DNA from: Octopus bimaculoides
Lineage: Eukaryota
Reading direction: 5' to 3'
DNA: 64,000 nucleotides
Assembly (NCBI RefSeq): GCF_001194135.2
Contig: NC_068986.1
Location: 30,069,595-30,133,594 of the forward strand
The translations under genes were made by a program, and so were the position numbers. Within the stretch, counting starts at the first letter, position 1. Every line of letters begins with the position of its first letter. The notes beneath the pieces were generated by a model, which saw only the letters and a program-made list of their open reading frames with translations, had not been told where the DNA came from and did not search any database. This document shows, piece after piece, positions 48,078-60,521 of this stretch.

Positions 48078-49507
48078 ATGCACATTAATGTGTGTGAGTG
48101 TTCATATCTTTCACCATTGTGTATTGGTGGAGGATGTAACCATATGTGAGGCACCGAAGTTCTTCAAATGAAATCTGTAGCATTGTGTTACTAATGCTCA
48201 CTTGTCTCTCTTACTGTCAGAAACACTGTGAACCAGGGCTTGGTTCACTGGAAATGTAATCAATGATGTCATTGTTCACAAATTACTGAATTAAATGAAT
48301 TAAAAACTCATTATTCTATCATTGCATACTTTCCCCACTATCTCCTTAAAATCTGTTTTACATCATTGGGTTTTGTAAGCATAGGCATTTGCTTAAGTTT
48401 CAGTGGAGAGGAGCTGGCACTTCTCCCGCAGTTAAGTTTTGTGAGGTGCACATTGTAATAATGTAAATTATCTGGGATCATACACCCACACAGTTACACA
48501 ACAATGTAACCAATAGTGAAACATCACAAACATCTCACCATCAAGCTTTTGTTTATTGGAGAAAAACAATAAACAAAACAATAGCAAACAGAATTTAAAT
48601 TCTCATAAAGAAAGTTATGTTAATTATTTATTCATTGCTATTTTATCAATAAATTATTGGTTTTTACACATTCTTAAATTTCTATTCTTGTTATAATTGA
48701 ATATTATAAGATCAGTAAATAGGAGAGGAAAAGAAAATAACTCTCTCTCACGTGAGAAAAGATCACTATGGTTCCTTAGTTTGGTTTTTGTAAAATATAT
48801 AATACCAGCTTTTCAGTTATAAACTCCATAATTTTTCTATTGGCTGTTAAACAAAATAGAATATTGTGATTGCTATTATTATTTCAGACTCATTTTACAT
48901 TGTTTTTATATTTTGGTAATGTTTTAAATATTTGAGAAACATCAAAAATGTTTATTCATTTTATTTATTCATTTTATTTAATTTTATTTATTTATTAAAA
49001 CAAAAACTCATTTTCAATTGTTTATAAAGAATCTCTTTATATTAAATTGACTGGATTAGTTTATGTATATTATCTTTTTTATGTATTTAGTTTTCCTGTA
49101 GCTTATATATGAAATTATTATTTTTTTAAATAGGAATAATTTCATCTTTTTTTATAATAGTCTTTTCTTATATATATATTTATATATATATATATATTTA
49201 TGATTTGTAATTTTTGTTAACCATTTAAATGCCTCACCATTATTCTTTTGTTAATATTAATTCCACTTGAAAAAACATAATGATCTTGTTTTTATTATTC
49301 CCTTTAATATAAAAACAATCTTATGTTAACGTTGAGTGTTTCTTTTCTATTTTTTAAAAACTTTTTATACTAAACTTCTTTTGGTTCTTAGTCTTCATAA
49401 CTATTTTCTAATACAATATATTACAACAGTAACAATAGCAACTACAGCAGTGTTCCTCCTCTGACAAACTAATCGAAGAAAAAGAAGATCCACAAACATC
49501 CACCCAT

Positions 49508-49542
<35 letters not shown>

Positions 49543-49868
49543 TACAAACATTCATATATACACACACATTAATTCACATTTCACAGCAAGCACATTCCTT
49601 AATAATGTGTGTGTGTGTGCACATGCTGTTTGATTTGACTCTCAACATGTTGCAGAATATAAAATACATTATTAGCTTAATTTAGGATATCAAGCATTTT
49701 GCTACAAGGATGTGCAGCAAATATCATTATTGAAACATTTTAAACTTGAGTGAACTAATCTGCAAAATGTCTGCTAGCAGAAAGGTAAAATACCATTTAT
49801 TGCAAAAAAAAAAAAAAAATGCTAAAAAGGTGAGAAAATAATGAGGTAATGTCTGTCTGATTCCCTCT

Positions 49869-49915
<47 letters not shown>

Positions 49916-51005
49916 TGGATTTATGGTGGATTCTTCTGTTGTAAATGACAAATGAGTTCTCAGTCAGAATTCAACCATATTGGGCCACCAATTCACTGAA
50001 TTACCTGCGCAGATGATATGTTTGCAATGATCAAATATTTGAGCAGTACTTTAGCTCATTCTCTCCATCAAATCGACATTGCTTGGACATTGCTTGTGCC
50101 ACATGTTATATATCACGGCGATCATAGACCATATTCAGAATATTAGGCTTGTTCTATCTTACTGGTCTATATACTCATAACTAGTATGGTGTCATTTGCA
50201 ATGGACCATTCTGGGTACAAAATGGGGTGGAATACCCACAATGATCTGTGAAGATGTTTGCTCAAGTACCAACCAAGGAAGAATTCTCACACCTCTGTGT
50301 GAGTATGTGTGTGTGTGTGTGTTTTTGTGTGTGTGTGTGCGTGCGTGCATGCATGTGTGCATGTATGCATGTGAATTTTAACAGTTGAAACCATGTCAGA
50401 ACAGACAATGTAACATGATGCAGTCCTCTAACTAGTCAAATTCTATCAAACCATTTCACCGATGTCACCATGGAAGATGAACATAAATGATGATGACGAT
50501 GATAATGATGATGGTGATGATATATATTCAGCAGCAACACCGATGTTGGTTTAACCTCCACTTTTCCATGCTTTCATAGATCAGATAGAATTTAGTGAGG
50601 CAGATGTCCTAAGACTGGATGCCCTTCCTGTCACCAAGCCTTAACTGTTTCCAAACAAATTAATATTTCCCCATGGCAGACATCTTTCCATGGAAGTTTG
50701 GACACTGTTTGTATGACAGTGACACTTATTTACTACTATTGTTCAATGTAAGACAAGGAGATGCAGTTCCGCTCCCTCTTTCAGCTGAGAGGCCTTTCTC
50801 TCATAAGCTGCTTGGACACCTTGCTGGTGTCTCTGAGTGCAAATCCCATGGTCATTCATGACTGAAGGAGCCTTTACACTAATGAGTAACCCTCCAACAG
50901 ATTGGCATCCCATTCAGAGGCAGCGCTATGATCTTGATCACCAATGCACATAGAAATTTGGTGGCTAGACCTAAGAGTCCAAGAGGTCAATTCAGGAGGT
51001 GATGG

Positions 51006-51039
<34 letters not shown>

Positions 51040-51177
51040 AGACCGAGTTGACCTCTTTGATAACTGAAATCAGAATATAAAGAACTGGAACAATTACTAT
51101 GCAACATTTTTCCAATGCTGAAATGATATAGCCAATCGACTAACATACTAGCTTACTTGAATGTGCGGGTGTGCACA

Positions 51178-51212
<35 letters not shown>

Positions 51213-51328
51213 TGGTGATGTTAGGAAAGAGGAAGTGATGCTATAGAAGAAAGGAATTGTGGCATTGGATGAATGAGTGCAAAGATAGTGGATTAAGACT
51301 CTTTTGTTTAAAAGTACAATAGAAAATT

Positions 51329-51380
<52 letters not shown>

Positions 51381-51638
51381 ATAAATGTACAAGAAAAATG
51401 CTGAAAAATATGGAAAACAGAAATATTACTTGAAAGATTTGGTGTATGGGAAAAAGGAAAAGAATATGAAATGGAAAAGTAAGTGAGGAGGAGTAGGGCA
51501 AAAGAGGAAGAGGACTTGAGTGAGAAATTAACTGAAAACAGAGGGAGAGAGAGAGAGAGAGAGAGAGAGGGTGTATGTGTGTGTGAGAGAGAGANNNNNN
51601 NNNNGAGAGGGTGTATGTGTGTGTGAGAGAGAGAGAGA

Positions 51639-51674
<36 letters not shown>

Positions 51675-52232
51675 AACACACAAACACACATATATATGCA
51701 TGAACATACATATATAAGGTGAACTGGGTAAAGAAGAACTAATAGACTACGTAGAAGCATGAAAAGCAGGAGATAAAGAGGAAGTGGGAGAGGGGAGTTA
51801 GAAAGAGAGTAGGAGGTAAGACAGAAGAGACAAGAATAAGCAAAAGAAAACCAAAAAAAAAAGAGGTACTAAGAAAGAAAGAAAATAAAGTCAGGGGTGT
51901 TGGTGAAAGGAGGATAAAGAAAAAATAAAAATATAAATTAGATAAGGAAAAAAATCCATATTTAAGAAAAAAATCAAAGAACAAAACAAAAACAAGACAA
52001 ATATAAATAAACATGTTTTAAATGATTGTTTTGAATCAATATCTGGAGAACATCATCAAATTTACAGTTTTCCAATGCTGTGATTGGAGGAAAAGATTGA
52101 CTAGGATAAGATAGATATCAGAGTTTGTCAGCAGAAAGTAGCAAACGCTCCGGATGTAGGAATATAGATACAATCAATAAGGGTGCACTTTGAAAAGTAA
52201 TGAGTGAAAAATTATGACAAAACAAACAAAAA

Positions 52233-52275
<43 letters not shown>

Positions 52276-52278
<3 letters not shown>

Positions 52279-52430
52279 TCATCATCATCATCGTTTAACG
52301 TCCGCTTTCCATGCTAGCATGGGTTGGACGATTTGACTGAGGACTGGTGAAACCAGATGGCTGCACCAGGTTCCAATCTGATTTGGCAGAGTTTCTACAG
52401 CTGGATGCCCTTCCTAACGCCAACCACTCC
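52276..52430 (-). mobile_element. 5'-truncated RTE-like LINE 3' end
   Basis: Reverse complement of 37148-37309 with a (CAT)n tail abutting (TA)n. Confidence 0.9.
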
Positions 52431-53760
52431 GCTTTTGATTTGCTAGAATTTAACAAACCATATCTCAGGTCCCAAAAGCCAAATTTTAAGTTTCTCTGGC
52501 TCAGATTTGTAAGTGCACACATTCTGTTGCATGCAAAGAAAAAAAAAAGCTACCCTTGTACAGACTTTATTATAAATTTATTCAATTACAAATTGAAGCA
52601 GCTCTAGTATTGTAAACACAATCAACCGCACACAGTCAATGTATGTGTTTTGCTTGTTTACCAGTTCACTGCAGTATAGTGCTTTGGGGATGACTCCCTT
52701 ATTGCACTGGTTGTTAAAACACATGAAAATCATAGAAAGGTGAGACAACTTGCCTCCAGTCCCATTCAGGAGTGATGGATATTGATAAATTTATATAAAC
52801 CACTGAGGATACGACACAATAAAAGCCTAACAATTTTCTGCATGCGAATGCAAGATATTAAATTACTCATTGTTAACTGTTTGGAATTTTACAGCATAGC
52901 ATGGACATTGTTTAAGACAGACAGACACACACACACACATACACACACACACACACACACACATGCACACACATGCACATACACCTACAGGCACACACAC
53001 GCACATGTGCGCACGCACATGCACATACACACACACACACACACCAAGAAGCACTGTGTTCAAATAATTAATAATCATCTTTCACCTCAGAAAAGATGAA
53101 AATGAAATTAGTTATCTATTGGTGGTTGCACTTCTTGCTTATGTTCGAAACAGAGGTCATAGCTTGGTTCATAGGTTTATAAATAAGTCAAGCTTTCTCT
53201 GGTACTACAGTTAATGTTTATATACACAAATAGATTTTTCAAGAACCAAATAATATTTGTTCAATAAAGACATGATTTTGTTTAAATATAGAGCTGATGG
53301 ATGGGTAGATAGTACCAAGAATGGTAACCCATAATCATTTAGGAAATTAACTAAACATCAAAAAGATTTGGTTTCTCACTTTTCCTTCTCTTTCATATTT
53401 GCATCTACAGCCATTCTTAGATTCTGTTGTGTGGTTACTGTTTATCCCCAAGGTTAGCCCTGGTAAAGGGCTGACAAGGATAAAAGCGTATCCCAGTTGT
53501 GAATACTCCATCTCATTTTTTGGGTGGGAGTATCATAATATATCTGCGAATATATTATACAATGTTTCTTTACTGTTCTCAAGATAGCAGGGTATGATAT
53601 GAGGGGAAATTTGGCTGCTATTTTTAACAGTTTGAGCAACCACATAGAGATTTTCCTGTTAGCTTATTCATTCTTAGTTCTAAATATGTCTTCTACATTC
53701 AGTGCTAGATTAGTTCTTGAAACCAAAATTTAAGCTAGTTAAAAGACATTCAAGCAAGTT

Positions 53761-54048
53761 CATTGCCAGTACCGCTGGACTGGCTCCTGTGCAGGCGGCA
53801 CGTAAAATACACCATTTCGAGTGTGGCCATTGCCAGTACTCCTGACTGGCCTTCGTGCCAGTGGTACGTAAAAGCACCCACTACACTCTCGGAGTGGTTG
53901 GCATTAGGAAGGGCATCCAGCTGTAGAAACTCTGCCAAATCAGATTGGAGCCTGGTGTAGCCATCTGGTTCACCAGTCCTCAGTCAAATCGTCCAACCCA
54001 TGCTAGCATGGAAAGCAGACTTTAAACGATGATGATGATGATGATGAT
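53761..54048 (+). mobile_element. 5'-truncated RTE-like LINE 3' UTR
   Basis: UTR sub-repeats plus the aggaagggcatccagctgtagaaactc...(GAT)n tail. Confidence 0.9.
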
Positions 54049-54850
54049 TGAAGTTACAAATCATAACTGAGATACCACGTGAACAGGATGAAGATGACTG
54101 CTGTTGGGTGTCAGGAAATAAGGAAAATCAGTCAGTAATCATTAAAAAAAACTGTATGAACCCCTCTGCATGAGGGAGTCATGTAAAAAAGTTAGAACTG
54201 ATAAAAACTGTTTCAGATTGAAGATATGAAAATAGCATAACCAAACAGCTAAATATCTATTTTTTCTCTGAAGTCAGATAGAAGTTCATATTGAGAACTA
54301 ATTAAATAGGAAGAAAGTTTGGATTGAATGTAGGGTTATTTAGAGTTCAGTAATTGTTCCTTTTCATATATGGTACATCAGCAAGCATTCTAGGTCTTTT
54401 ATCATAAACAATTCTCTAGTATCCTTTCATTAATGATCCCACCCCAACCCCAATTTCCTTACACCATTTTTGTCCATTATTATAGTCAAGTTTTTGTAAG
54501 TTATTAAGTTTTAAAAGCTTAGATAAATGAAAATCAAAACAAGATAGAAAGCACTAACCATATAAAAAAAAGTAATGAAATGGGTCAGATAATTTACAGT
54601 ATTGGAAATTCAGTTTTGTTTCAAAAAAAGTAAAATAAAAGTTCCCTATTTATTTTCATAGCCATTGAGTCAAAAGTAATATCCAAACATCTTAAAGTTT
54701 CTGAGCTTTATATTAGGAAAGAAGTAGAATATCTGCAGAAATATGTCAGTTTAATTACTTTTACTGGTGTTGCAATACATTCCTAGGCTAAACACATTAT
54801 CCTACATACTTTCATAAAAAGAAATATTAATAGTAATGATGATGATAATA

Positions 54851-55058
54851 ATCTTTTCTACTCTAGGCACAAGGCCCCAAATTTTTGGGGAGGGGGCCAG
54901 TCAATTAGATCGACTCCAGTATGCAACTGGCACTTAATTTATCGAACCTGAAAGGCAAAGTTGACCTCGGTGGAATTTGAACTCAGAATGTAAAGACAGA
55001 CAAAATACCATTAAGCATTTCACCCAGCGTGCTAATGATTCTGCCAGCTTGCTGCCTT
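54851..55058 (-). mobile_element. SINE family A
   Basis: cttttctactctaggcacaaggcccc...gctgccttg, flanked by atgatgataataat / atgatcataataat. Confidence 0.85.
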
Positions 55059-55100
55059 GATGATCATAATAATAAACTAAGACTGCAGTGGATATATATT

Positions 55101-55311
55101 AGTTTCAAATTTTGTTACAAGGCTAGCAAGTTTGGGGGGAAAGAATAAGTCAATGACATCAACCCTAGTGTTCAACTAGTACTTATTTTATCAACCCTGA
55201 AGGATGAAAGGCAAAGTAGACCCCAGCAGAATTTGAACTCAGAATGTACAGATGGATGAAATACCATTCAGTATTTTACCAGGCATGCTAACAATTCTGC
55301 CAGCTCACCTC
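55101..55311 (-). mobile_element. SINE family A
   Basis: Full-length match, flanked by gtggatatatatta / gtgaatatatatta. Confidence 0.8.
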
Positions 55312-55663
55312 GATATGTAGTGAATATATATTAATTTTATATTAGAATAAATGATTGCAAGCATGACTGAGTGGTTAAGAAGTTTACTTTGCACTCATAT
55401 GATTCCAGGTTCAATCCTAGAGTGTGAAACATTGGGCAAGTGTTTTCTACCATGGGCCCCTTAGGTTGATCAAAGGTTTCTCTCAGTTTCTATTTTGGTG
55501 GACAAGATTTGTGCAAAGCTCACTGTCTGTGGGCTGGTTGCAGAATCAGTAGAGTGTTGAATAAAATGCCAGGTGGAATTTCCTCACACATTCTTTTATG
55601 TTCTTAATTTAAATTCTGTTCTGGTTAACAACATCTTTCCTCCTTCTGTGGTCAATGAAGATG

Positions 55664-56002
55664 GGTAAGGGTAAAGACCCTCTTTGGTCATGAATGATCA
55701 TAGGGCTGCGCCTAGAAAGTTACCCTCCTAGGCATAAGTTCAGGCAAGATTTTTTATGGAAGACCAGCAGTCGCCAATGCATACCAGCCTCCCCTCCCCA
55801 TACCACCAATGCTATCCAAAGGAAAGACGAAAGCCAGTACAGTTTGGCACCAATTTCATCACAACTCATTTTCACAGCTGAATGAACTGGAGTAATGTGA
55901 AATAAAGTGTTTTGTTCAAGAACATAGCACAAAGCTCAGTCTGAGAATCGAACTCACTACCTCATGATTGTGAGCCTGACACCCTAGCCACTGAACCACG
56001 TT
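55664..56002 (-). mobile_element. SINE family D
   Basis: Matches 41983-42321. Confidence 0.85.
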
Positions 56003-56132
56003 GGTTTTAATAGCAATCAACTGAATCCTTGATGACTGAAACCATTAAATGAGTGAAAGAACACAACCTTTGTGATTTTATAGAAGAGCCAAATCTGTAG
56101 AAAGGATAAATAAATTTTCTCTATGGGCCCAA

Positions 56133-56556
56133 ACATGACTATTTGATTAAGAAGCTTGCTTTTCAAGCACTAGGTTTCAGGTTCAGTCCCACTGTGCAGT
56201 GTCTTGGTCAAGTGTCTTCAACTATAGCCCTGAACCAACCAATGCCTTGTGAGTGAATTTGGTAAATGGAAACTTTACAGGAGCTTGTCATGTGTGCATG
56301 TGTGTGCGTGTGTATGTGTGTGTGTGTATGTCTGTGTGTGTGTGTGAGTGTCATTGTGTTTATCCTGCTATCATTACTTGACAGCTGGTGTTGGTTTGTT
56401 TATGCGCCCATAACTTAGTGGTTTGATAAATGAGACCAACAGAATAAGCACCAGACTTAAAAACTACTGGGGTCAATATATTTGATTAAACCCTTCAAGG
56501 CGGTGCCCCAGCATGGCCGTACTCCAATGACCGAAACAAATAAAAGATCAAAGATA
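56133..56556 (+). mobile_element. SINE family B, diverged
   Basis: Head, core, internal (TG)n and tail are all recognisable. Confidence 0.75.
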
Positions 56557-56654
56557 TTGCAAAAAGAAAAAGAAAAACTGGGTTTGACAAATGATTCTAC
56601 TCAGGCTAGCAGGAAATATATACATACATACACACATGCATACATACATACACA

Positions 56655-56685
<31 letters not shown>

Positions 56686-57101
56686 CACACAGACAAATGG
56701 AAAAGGAAGCATGAGGGCAGAGAGAACAACTTGAAAATCTACCAAAAATCTAAAAGTGTGACAAAAAAAAAAAAAGAAGTCAAGCATTTGCTATAGTGAG
56801 ATTTATTGCAGATAAAAACCAAATTGGAATATTATGATTGATGAGAGCTGAAGAGAGATTGTGACTTTTTGAAATGCTTTTCCTGCAGCCATGTTCTCAA
56901 CCAGCTTCCCTACGCACCTTTCAGCATCAAGGCCTAACCAAAGAAAAGTGCATTGAGAATGAAAGGTATATAAAACTGAAGGAGCAAGGCGAAGGGTGCA
57001 GGAAATTAGTATATAAGTTAAACATTTGGTAAGGAAGTAGTAATTTTAGCTGAAATGAAATATTTGACAATATGGCATGACTAATATTTCAAAGATCAGC
57101 T

Positions 57102-57494
57102 AGGAGTGGCTGTGTGGTAAGTAGCTTGCTTACCAACCACATGGTTCCGGGTTCATTCCCACTGCATGGCACCTTGGGCAAGTGTCTTCTACTATAGCCT
57201 CGGGCCAACCAAAGCCTTGTGAGTGGATTTAGTAGACGGAAACTGAAAGAAGCCCGTCATATATATGTATATGTGTGTGTGTTTGTGTGTCTGTGTTTGT
57301 CCCCCTAGCATTGCTTGACAACCGATGGTGGTGTGTTTATGTCCCCGTAACTTAGCGGTTCGGGAAAAGAGATCGATAGAATAAGTACTAGGCTTACAAA
57401 GAATAAGTCCCGGGGGTCGATTTACTCGACTAAAAGCGGTGCTCCAGCATGGCCGCAGTCAAATGACTGAAAGAAGTAAAAGAGTAAAAGAGTA
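57102..57494 (+). mobile_element. SINE family B, well conserved
   Basis: aggagtggctgtgtggtaagtagcttgcttaccaaccac...gactgaaagaagtaaaagagtaaaagag. Confidence 0.9.
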
Positions 57495-57532
<38 letters not shown>

Positions 57533-58027
57533 CTCCCCTTTCTCATTTCATTTATGCCACTAAACCAGAATACGGATAAGAACAGTATTTATCTTAGGAT
57601 AAACTGGGATTAGTCTTTTATTTTTTTCTATGATTAATGGTAAACATCAGCAAGGAAGCAATCAATGTTGTGATCTTCATGCATTTCACAATTGGTTGTG
57701 TGATTAAGAAGCCTCACTTCACAACCATTTGTTTTCTAGTTCAGTCCCTCTGCATGACACTTCAGACAAGTGTCTTCTAGTATATCCTCTGATTGACCAA
57801 GGCCTTGTGAATAGATTTGGTTGATGGAAACTGAAAGAAGCTTGTCCATGAAACTGTGGCCAGTTATGAAGAAGTATTACTTGGCTTGGACATGAGTGAG
57901 GATTAGCGACACGAAAGGCATCCAGTCATAAAAGATTTGCTTCAATGAATTCATCTGTGCCACTGAAGCATGGAAAATGGACATTAAAACGATGATGGGA
58001 GAAATGAAATAGTTGTAACTGAATATT

Positions 58028-58430
58028 GATTTCAAATTTTGACACAAGGCCAGCAAGTCTAGTGGAGGAGCAAGTTGATTACATCAACCCCAGTGTTCAA
58101 CTGGTACTTATTTTATCAATCCCTAAAGGACGAAAGGCAAAGTCAACCTCAGCAGAACTTGAACTCAGAACACAGCAGCAGACAAAATGCTCACCTGCCT
58201 TACCTGTGACTCAATATTGGTTTCAAATTTTTGCACAAGGCCAGCAATTCTGGGGAATGGGGCTAAGTCAGTTACATCCACCCCAGTATTTCACTGGTAC
58301 TTATTTTATCGACCCCAAAAGGATGAAAGGCAAAGTTGACTTTGATGGCATTTGAACTCAGGACATAGCGATGAACAAAATACTGCTAAGCATTTTGCTC
58401 AGCTAACAATTCTGCCAGCTCACCACCTTA
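58028..58430 (-). mobile_element. Two head-to-tail family A SINEs
   Basis: Bracketed and separated by tgt(a/g)act(g/c)aatatt at 58014, 58205 and 58433. Confidence 0.8.
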
Positions 58431-58820
58431 ACTGTGACTGAATATTAAAAGCTAAGTTGTAGACTCAGTTTTCTTGGAGATTATCCTCAAACAACATGGT
58501 GCATGCACTGCAGCCTGAATAATGTAGTATTTAATAAATTAGGTTAAACATCTTTTTAAGCCATATATCTTTTGTTAATACTTTCCATAGCTGAGACAAT
58601 AAAGCTCTTATTTCATTTATAGTTTGCAAATTCCAAGAGGAGAAACATTAGCATTTCTTGTATCATGCTTCTTGAATTAATGTTTCACCAATGATATGTA
58701 ATGCCCAACTTATATATAAATAAATGTAAGCGTAGAGAAGTAGCATAAAAAGCAAAACTATTATTTCAGGAAAGAATATGGTTTAACTTTGAACAGATGT
58801 TCCTGAATCAGTCTGGAGAA

Positions 58821-58992
58821 TATACATACATACACACACACATACATACATACATACATACATGCATGCATACATGCATACATACATGCATACATGCATA
58901 CATACACACATACATGCATACATGCATGCATACATACATACATACATACATACATACATACATACATACATACATACATGCATACATACATA
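58821..58992. repeat. (TACA/TGCA)n microsatellite
   Basis: Seen directly. Confidence 0.9.
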
Positions 58993-59293
58993 CAATACAT
59001 ATATAAACAGAAATTTGATATTTTGGACATCAGATAACACCAGTAACAAACCACACCGAGAAATATGATCTTTTTTTTTGAAAAAAGAGGCTCCCAAATC
59101 TGGAATTTCTGCCAAAAGTAATTCCAATTCAAACACCCTTCCTTCCTCTTTACTAGAGTTTTAGATATTTTTTTATTCCTAGATCCTGCTCTTTGATAAT
59201 TCTTACTATTGTATGATTGATGAGAGATGAAAGAAAATTTTTAGTTTGTAAATATTTACAGGCAATTAAACTGAAAAATAATAAACTTAAATA

Positions 59294-59696
59294 AGTGGCT
59301 GTGTGGTAAGCAGCTTACTTACAAACCACATGGTTCTGGGTTCAGTCCCACTGCGTGGCACCTTGGGCAAGTGTCTTCTACTATAGCCTCGGGCTGACCA
59401 AAGCCTTGTGAGTGGATTTGGTAGACGGAAACTGAAAGAAGCCCGACGTATATATGTATGCATATGTATGTGTGTGTATATGTTTGTGTGTCTGTGTCCC
59501 CCCAATATTGCTTGACAACCGATGCTGGTGTGTTTAGGTCCCCGTAACTTAGCGGTTCAGCAAAAGAGACCGATAGAATAAGTACTAGGCATGCAAAGAA
59601 TAAGTCCTAGGGTTGATTTACTCGACTAAAGGTGGTGCTCCAGCATGGCCACAGTCAAATGACTGAAATAAGTAAAAGAGTAAAAGAGTAAAGAGT
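59294..59696 (+). mobile_element. SINE family B
   Basis: Near full-length with (GAGTAAAA)n tail. Confidence 0.9.
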
Positions 59697-60170
59697 ACAT
59701 ACATAGCAGTGGTGGGAGGGGCTTGACATGTTCAGACAACCTTCTGCCCTGTTACAGTTCCATGCAAATATAGATATTATCAAGCATCTATATTAGGTTT
59801 GTAGTTTTTACAAATTAGATGGTGAAACTATTTTAATAATTGAGTACCCCCTTGGTTGATATCCTGGCACTATCCTGCTTCTACATGGTTGCTCAGTTTG
59901 CTAGGAGTAGCAGTCAAAATTCCATTAAATACATCCAACCATCTTTAAAACAGGAAGGATAAATTGGACAGTGAAATCCCTGATATATAAAGAAGGGCTG
60001 GTCATGGCTGGAGTGCTGAGGATAAATAACAACAATTACCTGTTAAATTCAGCCAATGTGAGAGTCGTCTCATTGTTGCTTGACCTTCAAGAAATAGCAA
60101 CCAAAATCTCCATCAAATCACATATTGCCTTCTTAAAAAAAAAATTTCTTTTAAAACATTGTTTAATATT

Positions 60171-60299
60171 AGGAGTACATGTGTGGTAAGTAGCTTGCTT
60201 ACCAACCACATGGTTCTGGGTTCATTCCCACTGCGTGGCACCTTGGGCAAGTGAGTGGATTTGGTAGACGGAAACTGAAAGAAGCCCGTCGTATATATG

Positions 60300-60332
<33 letters not shown>

Positions 60333-60521
60333 TTGTCTCCCCACCATCGCTTGACAACCGATGCTGGTCTGTTTACGTCCCTGTAACTTAACGGTTCGGC
60401 AAAAGAGACCGATAGAATAAGTACTAGGCTTACAAAGAATAAGTCCTGGGGTCGATTTTCTCGACTAAAGGTGGTGCTCCAGCATGGCTGCAGTCAAATG
60501 ACTGAAACAAGTAAAAGAGTA
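60171..60521 (+). mobile_element. SINE family B with a 37-bp internal deletion, nested in a family F copy
   Basis: gggcaagtg is joined directly to agtggatttgg. Family F sequence lies on both sides (59870-60170 and 60522-60645). Confidence 0.85.

Noticed and set aside
51541-51640. Duplicated gagagggtgtatgtgtgtgtgagagagaga on both sides of a 10-N gap (51595-51604)
   Set aside because: Most likely overlapping contig ends, an assembly artefact.
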